The notes under the pieces: generated by a model
What the model saw: only the letters and a program-made list of their open reading frames with translations
Told to the model about the DNA's origin: nothing
Databases searched by the model: none
In this document: positions 38,607 through 52,188 of the stretch, one piece after another
How the letters are laid out: every line of letters starts with the position of its first letter
Numbering within the stretch: position 1 is the stretch's first letter
Origin: Saccostrea echinata
Taxonomy: Eukaryota
NCBI RefSeq assembly: GCF_033153115.1
Contig: NW_026889767.1
Coordinates: forward strand, 3,286,001-3,350,000
Reading direction: 5' to 3'
DNA: 64,000 nt
Translations under genes and position numbers: made by a program

Positions 38607-40017
38607 TTACTAAAAGATTTCAGTTTGTCTCTACTACAAATGTCAGTACACAATGATCCATTTCAGAATACCGTAAATACTCGTCTATATGTCTGTCTGC
38701 GTATAAGTCTGTTGTAGTTTTGCAGATTAATTCGGAAGAATTAGTCAATGACCCGCTTACAAGTCGGTAATATTTTGCTAAAATCTGTAGACAATTTCAG
38801 ATGAAAAATCGTTTGTATTTTCCAGTGTTTCTAAGTACATGTATATTTTGGGACAAGACAGATATTTGAGTTTACTAACAATTTTAACAGGTACAAGGTC
38901 ATTCAATTCTCTACATTCTAGTGTTATCATTATGATTGTGGTAACCTTAGATCTTCATTTTCTGCATTAGAATTGTTCCGATCTTTATAAACGAGTTACT
39001 ATATTTCTTCTTCAAGAAAAATTCAAAATTTATAAGTCGGAACTAAACTTTTGGCAAAATTAAATTTCTTTAAATAATCTTTATTTAGATTTCATTATTT
39101 GTGGTAGTTGCAGAACTGTAGCGTTATGGTTTATATCTGTCTTTGAACATGACGCTAAATATGATGTTATGGAAATATGATTGGTCAATCAATTACCTTT
39201 TATTCCCTAATTCTAGATACTTTTAATCCAATCTCTATATTTTATCTACCTCCCAACCCTTCATAGTCGTCTCTACGGACCAAATAACTCGCTTTAAAAA
39301 AAAAAAAAATGTTTGCCATCCGAAAAAAAGACATACATCATGCAAGATTTAAGCATGTATATTCGAAGAGAGTGTGATTGTTCGATAGTTTTCTGAAAGA
39401 TGTCTATTTCCATTCCAATTTTATTATATAAAAAAGACATTAAATAAGGTGTTTTTCTTCACATATGTATACAAAACAAATTTTGGGAAATCCTTCTTTG
39501 TAAATTGATTTAATTGAAATATTTGATAAAACTTCTGATGTTCAAGTTTGCACTTTCACCCCAAATAAAATTAACATGATAAAATTAACTCAAAATAAAA
39601 ACATCAACAAATTTTGTCATTCTGATGTAGTTAAGGAGAAAACAACTTGCTTAATAAGTTTAACTTATTTGAAAACATATTGCACCAGACTATTTTTATT
39701 GTGAAAGTGAAATTGTTAAATATATTTCTAGTCCGGATCATTTAATTTAGATCGGGTAAGGCTCGATAATTGCGATTTGTTTTCAAATCCTTTTTCTGAC
39801 ATGTTCTAATTTATGAAGTTACCGTGTAGGAGTAAATATAAACTTTAGAACACGATAACTGTTGTCATGTTGTAATTTTGTATTTACTTCCACTTAGTAA
39901 ATTCAAGATTCAGAACATGACACCTTTTTAAATCATGATTGTAAGTTATTTCTTTTTTGTTTCTGTAACACTTTTTTCCACAGAATAAAAAAGTACCTGT
40001 ATTATCAAATGATTATT

Positions 40018-40327
40018 CAGACACGTAGCATCAGGGGGTGGGGGCTGCCCCCTTTTTTCCACAGATAACTTGCTACTTTTGAAAATGTTCATTGACCCCC
40101 CCCCCCCCACTTTTTGTTGTAGCATAGTCAAATAAGGGTAGTAATGTATGAAAATACTGTAAGAAATTTGCCTATCTCCCCCCTCCCCTCCCCCGAAATA
40201 GGATTTTCGATTTTCGACTTTGGACAAGTTTCTCTTTTTTTTATTTGCCAGGTAAGTTGAAATTTGTTTTCTCTTGCTGTCTACCCCTACCCTTCTGCCC
40301 CCTTTCAAAAACAATGCTACGTCACTG
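40018..40327. mobile_element. CAG-ended MITE with 5-bp TSD
   Basis: TTATT|CAGACACGTAGCA ... TGCTACGTCACTG|TTATT. Confidence 0.75.
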
Positions 40328-41491
40328 TTATTTCATACATATTCATTATTTTAAGTAAAACAAGTTTAACCAACTCTTCTTGACTATCTTATTTGATACT
40401 TATTTTAGGCTTTAATTGACAACGAATTTAAAGATCTCTTATTTCTTATTTTCAACAAGAAACATTTTTTCTACTTTCTATAAAAAAAAAAATCATATGT
40501 AAAATACAATTGAAAGCATATACATGTATCCATCCCACAACCGTAGCGAAAAAATGCGTAATGGCCAAAAAAATAGAGATTCAGAACCTGTGCGCTAGGC
40601 TCCAAGGGAGGATTTTCCTAAAATATTTAAAATGGATCGTAAGAGGAAGTTTTATTGTCAGTGTTAAAATTACAATGCCACGTTTTTATTCTGTCTAATA
40701 TACTTAGATACGCCAAAGACATAACAAATTCATAAAAGAATTTTCCGGATTACAATAGCCTTCAAACTTTGGCTCTGCTTTATAGGCATTTACATAATGT
40801 AGGTATAAGAAAAAAAGAGAAAACTCAATAGAAGGTGACAAAGAAAATAGAAGGAAAGGAGAGAACAATTTTATCTTAAGGAAATATCGTAGTTATGAAC
40901 TTTATGTTCTTCTTCCCTGTATAATTTAAGAGTTTCAATAATTGTAGAAACTTTGTGCTATTTTTTGATGCCTAGTAAGGCTGTACACATCCTCTGAATC
41001 AAATTTCTAAAAATACCAGCTAAAACTATATATTTGATATATTCTCTTTCAAAAACTAAAAGAACATATGATGGTACAAATTTTATGATCTTAGGTTAAT
41101 AACATTTTTGGAAAATCATCAGTGAAAAGGTATATTGTAAAATTAATGTGCTTGTGCAATACCTATTCTTTTTGAAGGCAAAAAAAAATCTTTTGCATGT
41201 ATATACTTTTTGTTCGGCTGACCACTGCATCGAGACCTATCATCCCTGTAGGATTAACCCCGATGTTCATTCTGTAGCACATTAAACATACATATTCATG
41301 ATGTAGAGTATTTGTTGATTCGCTGGTTTACTTTTTCTTTTTTTGCGATCTTGTCTTGAGAGTACATTTTCTGAACTTTAAACTGTTTTCTCAGCGGTAA
41401 ATTATATAAACTATACTTTCTAATACTATATATATATTCTAAACAAACTCGACGCATTTAAGATGTAAATTACATCCTGATTATTCTTAAA

Positions 41492-41880
41492 CATGCGCAG
41501 ATCCAGGATTTTTTTTCCCGGGGGAGGGGGGGGGGTGTTCCACCTCAGTCCAAAAACAAAATCCAACCCAGAAATTTCTGGACAAGAAAAACAATTAAAA
41601 GATTTAAAAAAACTTTATTTCCTTTCCCAAGTGTAAAAAACGTATATTTCTTGGTGGTGGTGGTGGTGGTGGGGGATGGGGGGGGATGTGTGGGGGGGTG
41701 TTGTAGCCGTTACTTCTGAAGCTTTATTTGTATGACTATTCATACCAATTTAACAGGGGTCCGCGTTTTCTGTAGGGGCGTGGGTCGAAGGTCACTTTTA
41801 GTTGCTTTAGGATATACATTTAATAACTTTGAAAATTCCAGGGAGGTCTCCCCCCACCCCCCTCTCTAAATCCGGACATG
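41492..41880. mobile_element. MITE with CATGCGC.GATCCAG-type TIR
   Basis: CATGCGCAGATCCAG ... CTAAATCCGGACATG; G-rich left and C-rich right subtermini. Confidence 0.6.
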
Positions 41881-42319
41881 TTTTAATACATAAGATATAC
41901 CCAAAAAAGAAGATTAACATCGCAACAAAATTCAAACGAATTGAACTGTATAAGACCTGCAGTATCCGGTTTTATCAGAAGGGGGAGGGTACCGGTCTTG
42001 TACAGTAGGCTTTCCCCTCTAAAATCTTTCCTCCCGGAAAATTGGATCTAGAATAGGATTTCCAACGGAAAATACGCTCTAGAGTAGGATTTCCCCTACG
42101 GTAAAATGACTCCTGAGTAGGATTTCCACTACGGAAATTCCACACCAGATTCAATTTTCCGGGAGGAATGCTACTCTGTATAGAAGTTATAGAGTGCGAT
42201 TTCTCCCAGAGCCAGTTTTCCCCCAATAAAATATTATGGATGTACTAATGATATGAGGGGGAAGGGGCGACACATTGTTACATATGTCCCCTCTTGAAAA
42301 TGGTGACCAGATGTATTGA

Positions 42320-42666
42320 TTGTATGTAGTTTACGTCCCATTCGAGAATTTTTCACTCACCATATACCGATGAAGGGCGGAAAATTAAGACTTTTATTCT
42401 GCATGCACTCGTCATAGTACCGAGTGCACATTGAGCAGTGCGTGATCTTAATTGTGCCAACACCTGCCGTGACACGGTGCCTCGGTTTTTAAGGTCTTAT
42501 CCGAAGGACACGCAACTTTCACTTCAAAGTGCCGAGCGCCTGGCGAAGGAACAGTACTGTTGCTACCTATTTTTATCCACTCAGGTCAGTCGCGGCCGAG
42601 ATTCGAACTCACGGCCTTCCGATCACAGAACGAGAGCTTTACCGACTGAGCTACCGTGACGGGCTT
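42320..42666 (-). mobile_element. tRNA-derived SINE, full length, 13-bp TSD
   Basis: Same family as 15265-15595; perfect CCAGATGTATTGA TSD at 42307 and 42667. Confidence 0.9.
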
Positions 42667-42685
42667 CCAGATGTATTGAAATGTA

Positions 42686-42885
42686 CCTACCGTGACACGG
42701 GACCTCGGTTTTTAAGGTCTCATCCGAAAGACCAGTGACTTTCACTTGTAGTGCCGGAGGCTTGGCGAATGAACAGTCACTACCTATGTTTACGTCTTAG
42801 GTTTGACGTGGCGCGGCGAACGAGAATCGAACCCGGGCCTCCCGATCACGAAGCGAGCGCCCTACCACTAGGCTACGTGACAGGC
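42686..42885 (-). mobile_element. SINE fragment (head and central part)
   Basis: Minus-strand TAGCCTAGTGGTAGGGCG...GGTTCGATTC head plus the shared CCGTGACACGGG.CCTCGG core. Confidence 0.85.
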
Positions 42886-44937
42886 TGAAACATACGAAGA
42901 ATGAAAAGTGAAAATTTTACATCTCATTTTTCTCAGCAACTGTCCAACCATTTATTTAAGCATTAAAATATTCTTTTCATGTAAATTATACGGTAGCGAG
43001 ATAAAACTTACTCGATATATCTAGATAATTAAAGTCATATCTGGTGTATTTTTGATAAGTTTTGACTTTAGTTACTAAAATTAAAAAGATTTTATTTGCT
43101 TTATTTCTTTATATAAAGGTAGGACTTTCCTGTTAATTACACAATTTAAATCAATCGCGTTTCATAGATATTAGAAATTTAAACAATAACCGATTTATTT
43201 ACCGACTCTGCATTTAAATATCAGATACAGTTTTAAGTCAAGTTAACTATAGAAACTTTGGGTTATTCAAGTTCAAAATCGGTGAAAATTTTAATTTGAA
43301 CATAAATAACAAATATCATGTTCATCTACATTCAATCTTGTATTTTCTCAGATATAGCTTTAAATCTTTCTGAGGGGATAAATATCTGGTAATAAGAGAT
43401 ATCTAACTCGTTATGAAATCATTTAATCGTTCTAACGAGATACTTACTCAAACCATTCTTTTGTTTATTGGATTCAAACAACAAACAAGTAGTAAAAGGT
43501 ATATATAAATTACTTTCTTTGAAAGCAAACTGAATCTTTAAACTTTAGATAGCCTTGATATACTGCAAATTAAAATATGTTACAAATACAAGTACAGCTG
43601 CGCCATTAGAGGTGTTAAGGCTTCGAATCTGAGGAGTTTTACATTTCTTTTGAAAGCATAATATTCGGATTGAGACTCCATGATTGGAAAAATATGCTAA
43701 GAAATTCTTACTACAATTGAACAGTATATAAGTCAAAAACATTTATTTTTCATTTAAAAGTCAGTGTGTTGTTTATCTTTTTTTTCCACAAAAGCATTGC
43801 GGTTGTAGTTTATATTGACTCCATAACTAGGGCGGAAATCCTACTCTGAGAAAGAAAGAGGGTGAAATTTGGCTCTTGTGTGAGATTTCCCCTCGTGGAA
43901 AATCCTACTCTAGGGTACAATTTCCGGGGGGAAAAGCTAGCTATGGGGTAATCCTACTCTACAACACCGTTAAATTATCGCACCAGTAAAAATCTTTTAG
44001 AAATGAAATATGCTAAATAAAAAAAAAATAAAAAGAATGATTAATAAAAATATCACACATTCACACAGTCAAATAACAATGCATATGACGCCAAGATACC
44101 GGTTAGGTGTGTGTGTGTGTGTGTGAGGGTGTGTGTGTGAGGGTGTGTGTGTGTCTGTGAATTTTTTGTATCATTAAAGGGTGCGACTGCAAAGCTTAAT
44201 GATATACTAATGTGTATCATTAACAGTCGATAATGTAGATACAATGTATTTGCTTGTTTCATTAAGCGTCGATGTTGCTCTGCATTTGTGACGCTTAATG
44301 ATATAATTCTATAATTAAGCGGCGATTTAGCATGAGCAGTTGAGAATGTCAACTATTAATGCAATGATTTATGGCATTAAGTGTTGCAATTGCAACGCTT
44401 AATGATATTTGTTATCATTAAGCGGCGTTTTTTTCATTAGAGGTTACTACATTGGTCTGCCTTTAAAATGGAAAGACGGTAGATTTGTTTGATCAAAGTT
44501 TCAGTTAGAGAAAATTTAGTTTCCGATTTTCTGATTACAACAGAACTTACTGTGTTGCAAAATTTTTACTGTGTCGCACGCTTAAAACTTGAATCGTTAC
44601 TGTGTCGGGGAAAATTTTACTGTGTCGTGGCCGACACAGTAAAACAGCTCATGGAGAACCCTATGACTGTTTGAAGGAAGTACACAACAACAAATGTTAA
44701 AAGTAGGATATATTCATGGCATTGCAGAAGTTATTGAGACAATAAATTTTTATGTCTCATTTTTTTTTCCCTAAAGATAAAGTGCTAAGATTTGGTTTTA
44801 GTGTGTTTTTCAATGCAAGTTCTCAATGAGTAGTTTAACAAACACATGTATTATTTCATATAACTGGATGGTAAAAACCATTCCAAACAACATACACTGT
44901 ATCTAAATATTTGATTATTGACTTAATAAATTTAAAA

Positions 44938-45131
44938 TACTGTATATATGGTTATTTTCGCCACATGTTATTTTCTCTTTCACACATGCAAACAATTTTG
45001 CCTCGTTTAAATTCACCCAGTCACAGTTCTGTTTAAGAAATTATACCGAGTTCTTTGAATTTGCCCTGTTTTAAATTCGCCCATCTGTGAGTAGGGCTAA
45101 AATAAATAGGGGGCGAAAATTTCCCTGTATA
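44938..45131. mobile_element. Small MITE (TACTGTATA terminus)
   Basis: TATATATGGTTATTTTCGCC ... GGCGAAAATTTCCCTGTATA inverted ends. Confidence 0.6.
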
Positions 45132-45152
45132 AGAACAATAAGGAAAAGCCAT

Positions 45153-45630
45153 TGATGACAAGCTAAAAACTGAACAATACGATAAACAAGATTATCTCAT
45201 CTTTCGATCATCAACTTCCTTATTCAATATAGCAATATGCATACCATTTTCACCTACATATGGGGTTTATGTATCCAAGTTGATTTGATAAGCAGGAGGA
45301 TGTTCTATGTATGATCCCTTTCTAAAACAAAGCAGGCTACAAACTTGAAAAACAAGTTGATGATACAACGATATCACAAATATTGTATGGGGGCAACAAT
45401 TTGAGAAAAAAATCTATTGTCAATATAATGAACTAATTCGAAAAATGAAAATCAATCGTTAGGTCGATTATTTACTGACGTCTTTCATGCGGATTGTAAG
45501 GCAATTGTTTTCGCAATTAATTATATACAGATTTTTCCGCTTGGCCCATCGTGTCAGGGGGCACACGGCAGGTGCGACTGGTCGACAAGGATTGCTCACT
45601 CCTCATGACACCCGATCCCATCTCTCTTTT
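45153..45630 (+). mobile_element. Degenerate Penelope-like retroelement: RT C-terminus and 3' repeat
   Basis: Broken frames read DDKLKTEQYDKQD..IINFL..SN.IPFSPTYGVYVSKLI, followed by a diverged copy of the terminal repeat seen at 47595-48038. Confidence 0.7.
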
Positions 45631-46740
45631 TTGTATCATGTGACTGGATATTTAAGCATGAGTACCGTTCTTTATACTTATATTTCGTAAATAAACTGGA
45701 ACAGTAAGTAATTTAGATGTCTGAATACACAGATCATTGTAATATAAGATTGAAAAAAGGTAGAATTTAGAAATTGGACACAGAAAAAGAACTGGAATTC
45801 TAAAATTACATTTAAAGTTGAAATTTTGTTTGTTTCTTTTGTTTTGTTTGTTTTTTTCCCATCTTTCATTATACATCAATATCCAGAACGTTTTTCATAC
45901 GTTAAAATATTTATCCTTAATAACTCTCTACTAAAGAGTCTCAAATTTTCATGTTTTATGAGTGGTCAAAAAATGTCGATGTTGTACCACTTTTGCTATG
46001 ATGGATAGGTCGATGTCTAATGCATTGATATTGTAACGTATTTACATTAAACACACAGTACCTAGTCAATTCCAGGGTTTGGGGTGTTCGACATTAAATG
46101 ATTAAATGATTGGAAATAATTTTGATTTTAGTGGACTGCCGAAATATACAAATATGTCCTAACCTTATTAAGGTTATCAATAATCAAATGGGAAATCACT
46201 ATAATAATCAGAGGCAAGCAACAATAAATTAACTGGTAGTCCTAACCTAACACTAAAATGGGAGCCCAGTCGCCCTCAGACTATCGCATATACTGTAGGA
46301 TGCCTTATTCAGGACGGACAGCATATGTGATAGCCCTTCAACCACTACACTCACTGTAGGATGCCTTATTAAGGACGGACAATGAGTATAGCAGCCTTGA
46401 CAGACTGGTCAGCCAATGCAGACGAGATCAAACAAACTATGGCTAGCCTACATATTGGAGGTCAATCTCGTTTGTGGCAGGCCTTAACTGGTTTGGCCTT
46501 CCAAATTCTCTCTCTAACTGTGTAAAACAGGCGACGAATATTAAACGTGAATACTTCATTCACTACACTCGTCTTCTAACCTTGGCTGCGTCCGAAGAAC
46601 AACTGTAGACGACTGCGGAGTCTCCGTATATATACACAATTAAATCACTTGATGTCAACAGTGACTTATTGAGAACTCCGCGTGGTCCTACCTTAAAATT
46701 CCAGAATTATTACACTATGACGTTTTTACGACATGCAATG

Positions 46741-47118
46741 CACAGGTGCTTGGAGACCGGAACCCCCCCCCCCCCGGTCGTGTTCGGTACCTCAAGGGTT
46801 CTTTGACTTTTTTAAAATAAAATATTTTTCTATGACATATTCACAAAGTACCGCAGCTGAAAAATCAAAAATATACCATAAAAATATAACATAAAACTAA
46901 CATTTTGTAAAAAAAAAAAAAATCCACACTCTGATAGTAAAAGAGAATGTACTTTTTTTTTTTTTTTACAAAAAGCTAGTTTTAGGCTATGTTTTGGAAT
47001 TTTCAGTTGCAATACTTTGTGAACATGTCATAGAAAAATTATTCATAAAAAGCCAAAGAACCCTTGAGGTACGAAACACGGGAGGGGGGGGGGGGGCTCC
47101 CATCCCCAAGCATACGTG
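46741..47118. mobile_element. hAT-type MITE, same family as 13569-13851
   Basis: CACAGGTGCTTGG ... CCAAGCATACGTG; degraded TSD ATGCAATG/ATGCAAAA; shared internal CAATACTTTGTGAAC...CATAGAAAAAT. Confidence 0.85.
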
Positions 47119-47594
47119 ATGCAAAAGCTATACCTTATTTGCATTCTTTCGTGTTCGACGTTTACAAAATTAACACCTTGCAGAAAAAGGATTTTCTCAT
47201 ATTCATACAAAACATAGAAACCAGCATAAGATACCAAACAGAAAAAGAGATATGGCAGAACATTTATAAGCTTTGTTCTTGGACAACATTCGTTTCGAAG
47301 AACCCTCGAACTAAACTGTTAAACTGCCTGCAAACAGTCTGGTTATTAGGTGAGACAAAAAGCTTGTTGCCCGAGAACTCGGTCAATAAATGAATAATTT
47401 TGCAAATAAAAAAAATTGGGACTAATGTAAAAGTTTAAGAAGGATTTCACAAAGTCTAACGGTATGAGAGGTAGCTTCTTGACGTAGTTATTTCAAAGAG
47501 AATAATATCACTTTAATCACGGATCGACAATGTAAAATAGGCAGTTCTCACTCCAATCAATTGAATATTTTTGCCCTCGCAGTGAAGGACATCT

Positions 47595-48177
47595 TTAATA
47601 TTATGTGAAATATATGGAGATATCGAACAGTATTCATGCTCAAAGTCCATTAAACCTTACAAAATAGGTGCAGAGCAAACACGGACCTCCAAAACATCAG
47701 AGGTGGGATCAGGTGCCATGGAGGAGTGACCATCCCCTGCCCACCGGTCTCACACCAGCCGTGTGCTCCTTGTCATGATCGGGAAATAACGGAAAAAATC
47801 CGTCGACAATTCAGTGTTAATATTATATGAAATATATGGAGATATCGAACAGTATTCATGCTCAAAGTCCAATAAACCTTACAAAATAGGTGCAGAGCAA
47901 ACACGGACCTCCAAAACATCAGAGGTGGGATCAGGTGCCATGGAGGAGTGACCATCCCCTGCCCACCGGTCTCACACCAGCCGTGTGCTCCTTGTCATGA
48001 TCGGGAAATAACGGAAAAAATCCGTCGACAATTCAGTGTGTAAATAATGGCCTAACAATTAGTATGAAAAACGTCAGTCAGCATTTGACTCAATGATAAA
48101 TTGTATTTGCTGACAAGGTCATTGTATCGACCATAGAACTTACGAAATGATGACTTTAAACGAGACTGCTGATATCC
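47595..48177 (-). mobile_element. Penelope-like retroelement 3' end with tandem 222-bp terminal repeats
   Basis: Minus strand from 48177 reads GYQQSRLKSSFRKFYGRYNDLVSKYNLSLSQMLTDVFHTNC*. Two nearly identical units at 47595-47816 and 47817-48038. Confidence 0.8.
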
Positions 48178-49247
48178 AAATAAAAGTGCAGGAACACCAA
48201 TTAATTTGTCAGTCTCAATTACCGATTATAAATCTATATGTATTTTCAACTGCCGAGAAACTGCATATTGCAACTTCAAATTTAGTAATTATAAATTTTT
48301 GAAACAAATCTGTTAAACTATATTGAATCTGCGTAAGAAAATAAGTATTAAACCAGAGGATGAAAAATTAAATAAAAATTGAAATAAATATATTAAAAAA
48401 AATATATATAACAATTAGATAACAACAAATTCGAGAGAGATGATTTCAATGGACAGAAAGTTTCAGGCCTCCATCCAATTAATTTTCGGATCTCTAGTTG
48501 ATCATAAAACAGTTTAAACTTTTTAATAAAAAAAAATTAGAAATCGTAAAACAAAAACCTTTATCGTTTCAGTTAACCGGTCGTCTAAAGGAGATATTCC
48601 TGAAACACTGTAAAAAGACAGTTGTAAATATGGGATCAAGTTCTAATCATCATTGAAAAATGCGCTTCCTTTTATGTGTGTTTTGCTTAAAGGACCTAAA
48701 AAAAATATTGATAAAAAAACTCATCACTGAAACAATGTAAATGGAAGAATAAAACGTCTTTGAAATTGCGCCCAACTTTTATCGTTATAAATAGAACTTA
48801 TATATAAATGGAAGTGTAATACAATTCGAAACGGGTGAACTATAATGTACACAGTCATTTATAAACTTTTATTCTTCTCTTTATGGGGCATTTTGGTTGA
48901 TTCCCCATTTTCCATTACATATATAATAAATTAAATAATTGATTCAAATTTTATATACTACTAAAAAAGTTTAGAATCACTCATATATTAGTCTTTGGTA
49001 CAATAAAAAAATGCTACAAAATATGAAAGTTAATCAAAGTGATGAATACCGTTCAGTGTCGTAAGTATCATAATCAAGATTATCTAAACAACGTCTTTAT
49101 AGCAGAGTTGCTTAAAAGTAAAGTTTGCTTTTAGAAAGACTTTATTATTCATCGGAAAACTACCTTTCATAAAGGGGTGACTGAATAAGGTTTGTTATTT
49201 AAACAAGTTACCCAGGATTATATCATGTTCAGTAACCTTTTAACATC

Positions 49248-49640
49248 ACCTTACAGGGTGAAAAAATGACATCAGCATTGTTAAACGACCTACGTAAAAG
49301 ACGTCTCCGTCTCCAATGGTACAGACGACACCTCAAATGAAATCAGAGGACTCTTGCTTGTATCTCTGATGAAAGCAGTTTTAATCTTTGCTTCAATGAT
49401 GGCAGAGTTCGTGTGTATCGCATCTTGAAGAAAGTTTTTCTTTCGCTTCTGTTAGGGAGCATGATCGGTAAACCTTCTAACAAAAGGACTCAAATTCATT
49501 CTATTGATATAAATTTAACATCTCGTCGCTACGTTTATGAAATTTGCAGTGAATAGTTCTTTCTTCTTTTCAATGGCTAGAAGGAAAATGCATCTTCAAG
49601 AGCATAACGCCATAACCCATCCTGAACGAATCGTAATGAA
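49248..49640 (+). mobile_element. Degenerate Tc1-family transposase fragment in GMC intron
   Basis: Broken frames read RRLRLQWYRRHLK, SDESSFNLCFNDGRVRVYR, NLTSRRYVYEI and LQEHNAITHPERIV. These match the Tc1 FSDESRF..DGRVRV and QQDNARPH motifs. Confidence 0.75.
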
Positions 49641-49646
49641 AAGGAT

Positions 49647-49885
49647 GACGATAACGAACAGTGATCGATCAAAAAAATCGGACCCCGGTCAGGAATTACG
49701 AAATTTGAGAGGCGGAATCAGGCACCAAGGAAGAGCAAGCATCCCCTGTCCACCGGTCACACCCGCCGAGAGCCCTATATATTGATCAGGTAGACGAAGC
49801 ATTTAGTAGTCAAAATCAGTATAAAAACAAATTCCTAACAATTGGTATGAAACAAGTCACCCAAAATACGACTCAAGGATAGGCA
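49647..49885 (-). mobile_element. Penelope-like 3' repeat fragment
   Basis: GAGGCGGAATCAGGCACCAAGGAAGAGCAAGCATCCCCTGTCCACCGGTCACACCCGCCG, homologous to the 47.6-kb unit. Confidence 0.7.
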
Positions 49886-51684
49886 ATGTAATTGATTTTA
49901 TCCATCAGAATAACATCACGAGGATCCAATGGAATGCATATTTACCGGACCTAGGAAAGGCGAATGTATAGAACCATCCCTATAAACACCATCAACCAGC
50001 TTTTGAACTGCCCTGAAAAATAGATATCATCACGTAGGTTACCATTAGGGCTTGTATTCAAAGCGTGAGGAAGCCGAGCTTGTACAGCCTGTATTAACGC
50101 ACATGGGTGACATATGTGCTACTGACGTGACATTTCACTATGTTTGACTTTGTAAGTTGACTTTAAGTGTCGATTGCTTAGCAGTTTGCATTTGAATTTT
50201 TTTTCTCTGTATTATTCCGTCCACACTTCATTTTATGATATTACACATATGTATATTTTTAATACAATTTGTTAAAATTTGTGTGATTCTCAATTTTTTG
50301 GAGTAGTATATGTTTTAACCGGGGAATACTGATTTTAATTTGTTGTAAAACTCGCATTTAAGGAAATCATTGGGACCTCGAATGCAGATCCCAATGCTAT
50401 TAATCACACAATTTAATTCAAACATTTCAATTTAAAAAAAAAAAATTACCTGATTTTGATATGCCATGATCCAAAAAAGAAAAGGTTGAAAGGCTATACG
50501 CTGAACTTGTAATATCTCTGAATGATATATGTACATTAACATGATCCTCTAAGTTTTCTCCAACAGGCAGATCGGAACCAGGGGGATCTGTTTAAGGAGC
50601 GTAAAATTTATGATAACAGTAGTGGTAACATTATTTAAACTGAAGTCACACGGTCAGTCTCAGTCTATATTTTAGAAGTATCAAAAGTAGAACTAGGCTA
50701 CATTTTTATATACCTGTTTGATATTTTAAACTACGTGCGATTAAAAAAAAATATTTAAAAAAAAAATATATGAGAGAGATAGAGAGAGAGAGAGAGAGCA
50801 AAAGATATACCAGTTTGCCTCTATGGAGAAATTTAAAAAGAGAATGAGAATATACAAGTATTATAGTATAGATCGTCAATATTAAGCAGTATTAGCAAAA
50901 ACTAGCAAGGAGGTTAAAAGATTAGACCGTGTTTTGTCATATCCTCTTAGCAGAGCAAATGTTGGGGATACATCCTCTAATCAATCACATTTTTCCGAAG
51001 TCATTAATGTCATTCTCTATAACACTAATATGAGCTTCTTTTATCAAGTAACATGGTCTACATTCATGCATAATTTTCTTACCCAAACTGATTGAAGATT
51101 CTTCATAGGTCCTATAACTGACAACATCAGAATTTTCGGTGAGTTTATGGCTCCAGCAAAAATAATGACTTCTTTTTCTGCTCTTATTTTTTATAAAAAT
51201 AATTTTTCACCATGGATATTCTACTGCCTTCCTATTTTCTATTAATATCTAAATATTATAAAGAGAGCCTTTTTTGTTAACAATGAAAGCTTCTGCAGTC
51301 ATATCACGAAAACGTTTGTGCATAAAAACTGAAAACTCAAAGATTTTGAAATTTCGTAGTGTTTATGTATATATCTATTTAATGTCCCCCCACGTACATC
51401 TTTTTATTGTTCCACTTGATTTTCCTCTGAGGAGAACCCGCTTAGGGCGTTAGCAATCTTTTATAATGAAACTTTCCGTGATGTTAATTACCAAGTGTAG
51501 TTGTGCATGCAACTTTGATAAAGCTTTGAAAAGAAATTAGTTCGAAGTTGCATACGCTCTTCTTGCTGTAGCATTTTTTTAAATAATTCGTCTGCTCATT
51601 AAAACAGGCAGGACACTTGAAACTGGCTTTCTATTGTCATTACTGAAATACGAGTATACAATATCATCGTGAAATAATCGTTTC

Positions 51685-51905
51685 TGTTTTGTTTGTTTGT
51701 TGTTTAACGTCCCTCTCGAGAATTTTTCACTCATACAGAGACGCCATCACTTGGCACTTGCCTGTGGAGAGCTGCAAATTTGACATATGCTCGCGCCATT
51801 GAGCAGTGAGGGATCTTTTTCGTTTCAGCACCTACTGGGACACGGTACCTCGGTTTATACGGTGTCATCCGAAGGACCGGTCTCCACGTTCCACAGTGGG
51901 ATTTG
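51685..51905 (-). mobile_element. SINE fragment (tail and core)
   Basis: (GTTT)n tail, AACGTCCCTCTCGAGAATTTTTCACTCA and CATCCGAAGGAC shared with the 42.3-kb SINE. Confidence 0.8.
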
Positions 51906-52188
51906 CAATAGTCGTGGATAGATAGTGAAAAGTCCGAGACAATTCAAAAGTATAGAGAATAGCTCTATAGAGAATTGCTTGTTTTTGAAAAAAAAATTAA
52001 CGAATTCAAAACGAGGCAGGATTAATAATATAGAAAATCACATAAAGTTTTTACCCTCTCCACGAATTCATCAAAACAATATCATACCTGCATATTACAT
52101 GTATACGTGAAGTAATGCATATATATTCAAAATAATCTCTGCTTATTCTTACTTGATCGATTTAAAAAAACGCTTTAAATTGTAAATA

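Larger units (their letters stand above)
41992..43970. mobile_element. ~2-kb non-autonomous TIR element with AGAGTAGGATTTCC subterminal repeats and nested SINEs
   Basis: TA|CCGGTCTTGTACAGTAGGCTTTCCCC ... GGGGTAATCCTACTCTACAACACCGT|TA. The motif repeats as GTAGGATTTCC on the left and GAAATCCTACTCT on the right. Confidence 0.8.
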
